Shown here one piece after another: positions 55,251 through 64,000 of a stretch of 64,000 bases of DNA. The notes beneath the pieces were generated by a model. The model ran no database searches. It was not told where the DNA came from and saw only the letters and a list, made by a program, of their open reading frames with translations. The DNA comes from an uncultured Gammaproteobacteria bacterium (GTDB lineage Bacteria > Pseudomonadota > Gammaproteobacteria > Tethybacterales > Tethybacteraceae). Every line of letters begins with the position of its first letter. Positions within the stretch are counted from its first letter, which is position 1. The stretch spans positions 3,405-67,404 of the forward strand of contig CAZDYI010000049.1 of assembly GCA_964509765.1 (NCBI GenBank), written 5' to 3'. Made by a program: the position numbers and the translations under genes.

Positions 55251-56234
55251 ATGAAGAAGTTCATCAACGAGGTAGACAAGGTTCTCGACGAGAGCGTTTC
55301 CGGCTTCTGCGCGGCGCACGCCGACCTGGTTGAAAGGGGCGAGGGGCACGTCCGCCGCAAGGGCCTCAAGCAGGGCAAGGTCGCCCTGGTCTCGGGCGGA
55401 GGCAGCGGGCACGAGCCCCTTCACGCCGGCTTCGTCGGCCACGGCATGCTCGACGCCGCGTGCCCGGGCGAGGTGTTCACCTCGCCGACGCCGGACCAGA
55501 TGGCAAACGCAGCAAGCGCGGTCGACACCGGGGCCGGCGTGCTGTTCATCGTCAAGAACTACGAGGGCGACGTGATGAACTTCGAGATGGGCGCCGAGGT
55601 CTGCGAGGCGGAGAACGCGTCGGTGCTCGTCAATGACGACGTCGCCGTCGAGAAGTCGACCTACTCGGCCGGCAGGCGCGGGGTCGCCGGGACGCTGGCC
55701 GTCGAGAAGATCGTGGGCGCCGCGGCGGAGCAGGGCGCGGGACTCGGCGAGCTCAAGGCGCTCGGCGAGGCGGTCAACGAGGCGACGAGGTCGATGGGCG
55801 TCGCGCTCACGAGCTGCACGGTCCCGGCCGCCGGCAAGCCGACGTTCGACATCGGCGACGGGGAGATCGAGATGGGAGTCGGCATACACGGCGAGCCCGG
55901 CCGCAGGCGGCTGCCGCTGGCCTCCGCCGACGAGATCGTCGGAGAGATGGTCGACGCGATCGTCGGCGACCTCGGCGACCGCGCCAACGGCGAGGCGCTC
56001 CTGCTGGTAAACGGCTTCGGCGGGACTCCGGCGATGGAGCTCTACCTGGTCTGCGACTCCGTGCTGCGCAAGCTCAAGGGCACGGACGTCAAGGTCGAGA
56101 GGTCGCTCGTCGGCAACTACGTGACCTCGCTCGACATGGCGGGCTGCTCAGTGACCCTGACCATGCTCGACGGGAAGGCCAAGGAGCTCTGGGACGCGCC
56201 CGTCCACACGCCCGCGCTTCGCTGGGGGATGTGA
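55251..56234 (+). CDS. dhaK: Dihydroxyacetone kinase, DHA-binding subunit, 327 aa
   Basis: GGAGGGAGAG lies upstream. The motif is SGGGSGHEPLHAGFVG. Confidence 0.9.
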   Translation: MKKFINEVDKVLDESVSGFCAAHADLVERGEGHVRRKGLKQGKVALVSGGGSGHEPLHAGFVGHGMLDAACPGEVFTSPTPDQMANAASAVDTGAGVLFIVKNYEGDVMNFEMGAEVCEAENASVLVNDDVAVEKSTYSAGRRGVAGTLAVEKIVGAAAEQGAGLGELKALGEAVNEATRSMGVALTSCTVPAAGKPTFDIGDGEIEMGVGIHGEPGRRRLPLASADEIVGEMVDAIVGDLGDRANGEALLLVNGFGGTPAMELYLVCDSVLRKLKGTDVKVERSLVGNYVTSLDMAGCSVTLTMLDGKAKELWDAPVHTPALRWGM

Positions 56235-56288
56235 CCGCACCCGGCAGGCCCGTGCTTCATGCTGGAGCGCCGGCCGCGGCGGCCGGGT

Positions 56289-56361
56289 GAACAGAGGCGG
56301 GATTCGAACCCGCGACCTCCCGCTTAAAAGGCGAGAACTCTGACCCCTGAGCTACTCTGTT
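56289..56361 (-). tRNA. tRNA-Lys (anticodon UUU), 73 nt, CCA not encoded
   Basis: Hand-folded cloverleaf: AACAGAG-TA-GCTC-AGGGGTCA-GAGT-T-CTCGC-CTTTTAA-GCGGG-AGGTC-GCGGG-TTCGAAT-CCCGC-CTCTGTT-C. Confidence 0.85.
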
Positions 56362-56461
56362 CGGCTTTGATTATGGCATGCTCCGGGCGCGCCGCGCGCA
56401 TGATGTCCCCTGCGTCCGGCGGCATGCGCCCGTCGCTGACAGAGGCGCAGAAATCCGGTTT

Positions 56462-56489
56462 TTGATTTCCGGCGGTTCTGGTGTATAAT
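56462..56489 (+). promoter_or_regulatory. Putative rRNA promoter TTGATT-N16-TATAAT
   Basis: Near-consensus hexamers at 56462-56467 and 56484-56489, ~93 nt upstream of the mature 23S 5' end. Confidence 0.6.
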
Positions 56490-56508
56490 TTGCCTCTTGC
56501 TCTAAAAC

Positions 56509-56581
56509 AAGGCGAAACAAGCGAAACCAAAGCGGTAAAACGCTTCGCAAAGGGTCCCTGGCCAGCGAGCCAGGACTATGA
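56509..56581 (+). other. 23S leader arm of the long processing stem
   Basis: AAGGCGAAACAAGCGAAACCAAAGCGG (56509-56535) and GCCAGGACTATG (56569-56580) are complementary to the trailer segments 59518-59546 and 59478-59489. Confidence 0.7.
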
Positions 56582-59478
<2,897 letters not shown>

Positions 59479-59546
59479 ATAGTCCTGGCAGCGGCCGGGG
59501 CCTGGCCGAGGCGTTTGCCGCCTTTGGTTTCGCTTGTTTTTGCCTT
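59479..59546 (+). other. 23S trailer arm / 23S-5S spacer
   Basis: It pairs with the leader (see 56509-56581). The shared core is 17 nt of exact complementarity (AACAAGCGAAACCAAAG). Confidence 0.7.
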
Positions 59547-59557
59547 TTCGTTTCGGC

Positions 59558-59672
59558 TTGGCGGCCAAGGCGAGGTGGTACCACCCCTTCCCATCCCGAA
59601 CAGGACCGTGAAACGCCTCAGCGCCGATGGTAGTGCAGGATCAGCCTGTGTGAGAGTAGGTCGCCGCCAAGC
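59558..59672 (+). rRNA. rrf: 5S ribosomal RNA
   Basis: TTGGCGGCC...CCCATCCCGAACAGGACCGTGAAAC...CGCCGATGGTAGTG...GAGAGTAGGTCGCCGCCAAGC. Confidence 0.95.
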
Positions 59673-59706
59673 TTTTTTTTTGCCCGGATCTTCCGGGATT
59701 TTTATT
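59673..59706 (+). terminator. rRNA operon terminator region
   Basis: A T9 run follows the 5S terminal helix directly. Then the hairpin CCCGGA-TCT-TCCGGG (59683-59697) is followed by ATTTTTATT. Confidence 0.7.
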
Positions 59707-59845
59707 CTCGGACATGCGCCCAGGCATCTTGTTGCCGGAGCCTGTCTTCCATCGCCGCAGCGACAGGCTCTGGAGCGAGGCCGGAGGGACGCCGGAATAT
59801 TAATGAAACTTTTTCAAATAAAAATATCAAATTTAAAAATAAAAT

Positions 59846-59874
59846 TTCCAAATTCGCGATTTTCTTGGTAAAAT
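59846..59874 (+). promoter_or_regulatory. Putative promoter TTCCAA-N17-TAAAAT of P5, preceded by an A/T-tract (UP-like) region
   Basis: The -10 TAAAAT (59869-59874) ends 10 nt before ATG 59885 with no SD. Positions 59810-59845 are almost pure A/T (AAATAAAAATATCAAATTTAAAAATAAAATT). Confidence 0.5.
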
Positions 59875-59884
59875 ACATTTTGCC

Positions 59885-61159
59885 ATGGCAAAGAGGAAGC
59901 GGTTTGCCCGGGAGATCGAAGGCATGATCAGGAGCGGCCTGAAGAAATTTCCTGTCGTGCTGCTCGAGGGGTCGAGGCAGGTCGGCAAGACCAACACCGT
60001 TGAGGAAATCTGTGCCGAGCTTGGAGGAGCCTACATCACCCTCGACGACATGGATTCGTGGCTCAAGGCCAAACAGAAGCCGAAGGACCTCCTCCAGGGA
60101 GCCGAGTCCGGCTTCGTGGTGGTGGACGAGATCCAGCGCGAGCCGCTGCTTTTCATTACCGCGAAGCGGTACGTTGACATGTACCGGCGTCCGGGGATGT
60201 TCCTACTTACCGGTTCTTCCAAGAGGTACAAGTCGAAGAAAAACTACGAGTCGATGTCCGGAAGGCAGCAGACGTTGCTGATGCGTCCGTTGAGCCAGGC
60301 CGAGATTGAGTCCGCCAGGACTGGCGGCGGTCCTGCGTTTGTGAACGTGATGGATGCGATCAGGGACGGCCTGAGCCCTCCTGACGCAAGCTGCGCCGGA
60401 TTGAAGCGCAGGATCTGGCTCGGTGGTTACCCGATAGTGGTTAACTCGCCAAGGGATAAGGACGAGAAAATCGAGGAATTCATCCTGAACGAAATCATCA
60501 ACGAGTTCCTGTTGATGGGAGGTGGCAAGTCAATTGCAATGCTGCCAAGGTTTCTCAGGAAGATGACGAGGAAGCAAGGCAAGGTCATCAACATCAGGGA
60601 GATCGCCAATGAGTGCGGGCTGAGCGGACAAGAAGGCAAGGCAGTGGCTGACATGCTGGACGACTCGTACGTCTTCGAGCCGCTGCCCAGCTTGGGATAT
60701 CCCCTCGGTGGGAAGCAGCTGGTGCGGAAAGCCAAGGTATACCTAAACGACACCGGGCTGTCCACCAATCTTCTCGAATTGGACGCCAAGTCGGTAGACT
60801 CCAGTCCATACTGGGGCACATTGCTGGAGTCCTTCGTTCTTGCTGAGTTGCGCAAGCACCTGACTACAAGTTATTTTTCTCGGCTGGCTCTTCCTTGCCA
60901 TTACAAGGAAACCGAAGGCATCGAGGTTGACATCGTGTTTTACGACTCGAAGCGAGACACGTACATTGCCATCGAGGTAAAGGCGTCAAACAGGGTGGAC
61001 CCAAGCGACTGGAGGCACCTGCAGTCGTTTAGGATGATGGCAGGTGACAAGTGCGAAAGGGCGATACTGTTCTACACAGGCAGAAAGGTTGAGAAGCTCA
61101 GCAAGGACGTCGAGGCCTGGCCTGTCTCGTGCCTTTGGAAGTGGAGGGAAAAGAAGTGA
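59885..61159 (+). CDS. AAA+ ATPase / PD-(D/E)xK (COG1373; AAA_14 + DUF4143), canonical-length paralog P5, 424 aa
   Basis: Walker A GSRQVGKT, Walker B FVVVDEIQ, C-terminal LLESFV...GIEVDIV...IAIEVKAS. Composition is AT-richer than the flanks. Confidence 0.85.
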   Translation: MAKRKRFAREIEGMIRSGLKKFPVVLLEGSRQVGKTNTVEEICAELGGAYITLDDMDSWLKAKQKPKDLLQGAESGFVVVDEIQREPLLFITAKRYVDMYRRPGMFLLTGSSKRYKSKKNYESMSGRQQTLLMRPLSQAEIESARTGGGPAFVNVMDAIRDGLSPPDASCAGLKRRIWLGGYPIVVNSPRDKDEKIEEFILNEIINEFLLMGGGKSIAMLPRFLRKMTRKQGKVINIREIANECGLSGQEGKAVADMLDDSYVFEPLPSLGYPLGGKQLVRKAKVYLNDTGLSTNLLELDAKSVDSSPYWGTLLESFVLAELRKHLTTSYFSRLALPCHYKETEGIEVDIVFYDSKRDTYIAIEVKASNRVDPSDWRHLQSFRMMAGDKCERAILFYTGRKVEKLSKDVEAWPVSCLWKWREKK

Positions 61160-61235
61160 GGCATTCCGCTTGGCGGCAATCGCAGGGTTGACGGCGAAAA
61201 AGGGATACAATTGACTAGCCTGAAAGGGGGAGCAG

Positions 61236-62573
61236 GTGAAAACAGAGGACGGGCTGCGCTCGGCGAGGCTGGCTGAAGGGGATCTGGCGGACAACTTCGC
61301 CGACATCCACCCGCCGCTCACCAAGGCCCAGGCATCGATCGAGGCCGAGCGGTGCTACTACTGCTTCGACGCGCCGTGCACGACGGCGTGCCCGACCGGC
61401 ATCGACATCCCGTCGTTCATCAAGCGCATCTCGACCGGCGACCTGTCCTCGTCGGCGAAGAAGATCCTCGAGGAGAACATCTTCGGAGGCATGTGCGCTA
61501 GGGTCTGCCCGACCGAGACCCTGTGCGAGGAGGCCTGCGTCCGCAACCTCAACGAGAGCCAGCCGGTCAAGATCGGCTTGCTGCAGCGCCACGCAACCGA
61601 CCACGCCATGGCGCTCGGCGAGCAGTACTTCAGCCGCGGCAAGGACAGCGGCAAGCACGTCGCAGTCGTCGGCGCGGGCCCCGCGGGCCTGTCCTGCGCG
61701 CACAGGCTGTCGATGCTCGGCCACAGGTCGACCGTCTATGAGTCCAAGCCGAAGCCCGGCGGCCTGAACGAGTACGGCATCGCCGCGTACAAGACCGTCG
61801 ACGGGTTTGCCGCAAGCGAGGTCGACTACATCCTGGAGATAGGCGGCATAGAGGTCGTCCACGGCAAGGGCCTGGGCGACGGGCTGGACTTGGCGAAGCT
61901 GCTGTCGGACCACGACGCGGTGTTCGTCGGCGTGGGCCTCGGCGGCGCGCGCGACCTGGGGATCGAAGGCTCGGACCTCGCGGGCGTCCGCCCCGCGGTC
62001 GACTTCATCGCCGAGGTCAGGCAGGCGGAAGCGCTCGGCAAGGTCGAGGTCGGGCGCAGGGTCGTAGTGATCGGCGGCGGAATGACCGCGGTCGACGCCG
62101 CGTCGCAGTCCCTGCGGCTCGGTGCAGAGGAGGCGCGCATCGTCTACCGCAGGGGGCCCGAGGGGCTGTCGGCGAGCGACAGGGAGATCTCGTTCGCGAA
62201 GGACACCGGCGCGCAGGTGCGCTACTGGTCGCAGCCGAGGAGGATCGTCGGCAACGGCTTGGTTGAGTCGGTCGAGTTCGAGTACACCAAGGCGGACGGC
62301 GACAGCCTGGTCGGAACGGGCGAGACCTATTCCCTGCAGGCGGACATGGTCCTGGTCGCGGCGGGACAGGCGCTGTCCGGCGATGCCCTTGGCGGCCTGG
62401 ACACCTCAGGCGGAAAGGTCGCGGTCGACGCCCAGCGCAGGACCTCGCTCGAGGGAGTCTGGGCGGGCGGAGACTGCGTAGCCGGAAAAGACCTGACCGT
62501 CACCGCGGTCGAGGACGGCAAGGTCGCCGCGCACTCGATCGACGCGTTCCTGCGCGGCGGGAAGGGAGAATAG
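61236..62573 (+). CDS. preT: NAD-dependent dihydropyrimidine dehydrogenase subunit PreT (GltD-like), 445 aa
   Basis: GGGGGAG lies upstream of the GTG. It has a Cys cluster (CYYCFDAPCTTACPTGIDIP) and a Rossmann motif (VAVVGAGPAGLSCA). Confidence 0.8.
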   Translation: MKTEDGLRSARLAEGDLADNFADIHPPLTKAQASIEAERCYYCFDAPCTTACPTGIDIPSFIKRISTGDLSSSAKKILEENIFGGMCARVCPTETLCEEACVRNLNESQPVKIGLLQRHATDHAMALGEQYFSRGKDSGKHVAVVGAGPAGLSCAHRLSMLGHRSTVYESKPKPGGLNEYGIAAYKTVDGFAASEVDYILEIGGIEVVHGKGLGDGLDLAKLLSDHDAVFVGVGLGGARDLGIEGSDLAGVRPAVDFIAEVRQAEALGKVEVGRRVVVIGGGMTAVDAASQSLRLGAEEARIVYRRGPEGLSASDREISFAKDTGAQVRYWSQPRRIVGNGLVESVEFEYTKADGDSLVGTGETYSLQADMVLVAAGQALSGDALGGLDTSGGKVAVDAQRRTSLEGVWAGGDCVAGKDLTVTAVEDGKVAAHSIDAFLRGGKGE

Positions 62574-62578
62574 GGAAC

Positions 62579-63895
62579 ATGGCCGACCTCGGAACGAGCT
62601 TCGTCGGGATCAGGACGCCCAACCCGTTCTGGGTCGCATCCGGCCCGCCGGCCGACAAGGAGTACAACGTCAACCGAGCCTTCGAGGCCGGCTGGGGCGG
62701 CGTGATGTGGAAGACACTCGGCGAGGACCCGCCGATCGTCAACATCAACGGCCCGCGCTACGGCGCGATCTACGGCGACGACCGCAAGGTCATCGGCTTC
62801 AACAACGTCGAGCTGATCACCGACCGCCCGCTGCAGGTCAACCTCGACGAGATCAGGCGCGTCAAGCGCGACTGGCCGGACCGCGGCCTGGTCGTCTCGC
62901 TGATGGTACCGTGCGAGCGGAAAAACTGGCAGGACATCATCGACAAGGTTGTCGACACCGGCGCGGACGGCATCGAGCTCAACTTCGGCTGCCCGCACGG
63001 GATGTCCGAGCGCGGGATGGGGTCGGCGGTCGGGCAGGTCCCGGACTACGTGAAGATGGTGACCGAGTGGTGCAAGGGCGCGTCCGACCTGCCGGTGGTG
63101 GTCAAGCTCACGCCGAACGTCGCGAGCATCTTCCCGCCCGCGCTCGCGGCGCACGAGGGCGGCGCGGACGCGGTCTCGCTGATAAACACGGTCAACTCGA
63201 TCATGGGCGTCGACCTCGACAGGATGGTAGTCGACCCGCCGACCGACGGCATGGGCACCCACGGCGGCTACTGCGGGCCGGCGGTGCGCCCGATCGCCCT
63301 GAACATGGTCGCCGAGATCAAGCGCAACCCGAAGACCGCGAACCTGCCGGTCTCCGCGATCGGCGGGATCGGGACCTGGTCGGACGCGGCCCAGTTCATG
63401 GCGCTCGGCGCGGCCAACGTCCAGGTGTGCACCGCGGCGATGCTGTTCGGCTTCAAGATAGTCGACGACATGATCGCCGGCCTCGAGTCCTTCCTCGACC
63501 GAAAGGGATTCAAGTCGGTCGACGACCTCGTCGGGGCGGCGGTCGGCTCGGTCACAGACTGGGGCAGCCTCAACCTCAACTACGTCGCCAAGGCGCGGAT
63601 CGACCAGGACCTGTGCATCAAGTGCGGCCGCTGCCACATCGCCTGCGAGGACACCTCGCACCAGGCGATCACCAGCAGCGCCAACGGCGAGCGGCACTTC
63701 GAGGTGATCGACGAGAAGTGCGTGGGCTGCAACCTGTGCACATGCGTGTGCCCGATCGAGGGCTGCATAACCATGGAGCACATCGAGACGGGAGTCGACG
63801 CCCGCACCGGACAGGAGATCACGGGCGAGAAGCTGGTGTGGGCGGACCACCCGAACAACCCCGACAGCGCATGCGGGGCTGCTCCGGGAAAGTAG
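62579..63895 (+). CDS. preA: NAD-dependent dihydropyrimidine dehydrogenase subunit PreA (DHOD-like + 2x[4Fe-4S]), 438 aa
   Basis: DHOD-like barrel (ELNFGCPHGM) and C-terminal ferredoxin motifs CIKCGRCHIAC and CVGCNLCTCVCP. Confidence 0.8.
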   Translation: MADLGTSFVGIRTPNPFWVASGPPADKEYNVNRAFEAGWGGVMWKTLGEDPPIVNINGPRYGAIYGDDRKVIGFNNVELITDRPLQVNLDEIRRVKRDWPDRGLVVSLMVPCERKNWQDIIDKVVDTGADGIELNFGCPHGMSERGMGSAVGQVPDYVKMVTEWCKGASDLPVVVKLTPNVASIFPPALAAHEGGADAVSLINTVNSIMGVDLDRMVVDPPTDGMGTHGGYCGPAVRPIALNMVAEIKRNPKTANLPVSAIGGIGTWSDAAQFMALGAANVQVCTAAMLFGFKIVDDMIAGLESFLDRKGFKSVDDLVGAAVGSVTDWGSLNLNYVAKARIDQDLCIKCGRCHIACEDTSHQAITSSANGERHFEVIDEKCVGCNLCTCVCPIEGCITMEHIETGVDARTGQEITGEKLVWADHPNNPDSACGAAPGK

Positions 63896-63906
63896 GGAGA
63901 AAGGCG

Positions 63907-64000
63907 ATGGCAAAGGTCAAGGTGGGACTCATCCAAATGTCGCTCAAGGGCGACACCGAGATGGCTCCGGAGGAGATCAAGGAGAGGATGATCGCGGCGC
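63907..64000 (+). CDS. Carbon-nitrogen hydrolase family protein (likely beta-ureidopropionase/N-carbamoyl amidohydrolase), 5' fragment running off the window
   Basis: MAKVKVGLIQMSLKGDTEMAPEEIKERMIAA is a typical CN-hydrolase N-terminus. It follows preT and preA. Confidence 0.5.
   Translation, partial: MAKVKVGLIQMSLKGDTEMAPEEIKERMIAA

Noticed and set aside
61168-61177. The 10-mer GCTTGGCGGC downstream of P5 matches the 5' edge of the 5S gene (59556-59565). It was considered as att-like direct repeats flanking a P5 cassette.
   Set aside because: Only 10 exact bases match (about 18 of 26 when extended). That is within chance expectation for GC-rich DNA. No integrase is present and there is no corresponding repeat structure at the other islands.

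Overview
This is a high-GC bacterial chromosomal segment. By eye it is about two-thirds G+C, with strong GC3 bias, GGAGG-type Shine-Dalgarno sites and frequent ATGA/GTGA start-stop overlaps. Solute uptake and catabolism operons dominate it.

In order, the window contains:
- a peptide-type ABC system (22-6004);
- a CUT1 sugar ABC operon with a GH63 glucosyl/mannosylglycerate-hydrolase-like gene, whose binding-protein gene is interrupted by an in-frame TAG (6121-12386);
- a CopA-type Cu(I) P-type ATPase and an SRAP/YedK peptidase;
- a sorbitol/mannitol-type ABC + AraC regulator + mannitol 2-dehydrogenase operon (19075-25613);
- a fructan/sucrose ABC + GH32 locus (29209-34368);
- a DUF4212/SSS symporter pair next to a suyA-suyB-slcC-comC-like four-gene cluster (34831-40599);
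- a hypothetical gene plus an exonuclease-CBS-DUF294 fusion gene;
- a TRAP transporter;
- a two-ATPase ABC importer joined to a PTS-dependent dihydroxyacetone kinase with its own HPr and EI (46816-56234);
- tRNA-Lys(UUU);
- a 23S-5S rRNA operon with its own promoter and no 16S gene;
- the start of a reductive pyrimidine catabolism cluster (preT/preA).

The most unusual content is five paralogous AAA+ ATPase / wHTH / PD-(D/E)xK-nuclease genes (COG1373, AAA_14+DUF4143 type). Two tandem pairs (12392-15692 and 25653-29002) sit against the 3' ends of MsiK-like ABC ATPase genes, and a fifth copy lies just after the rRNA terminator. Four of the five are visibly AT-richer than their surroundings. Three carry leaderless-type promoters. 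Two, in different islands, share an upstream motif at identical spacing, and two have perfect palindromes over the -35 position.

I saw no transposase, integrase or CRISPR array. All calls rest on reading the sequence and remembered family motifs; no database search was run.
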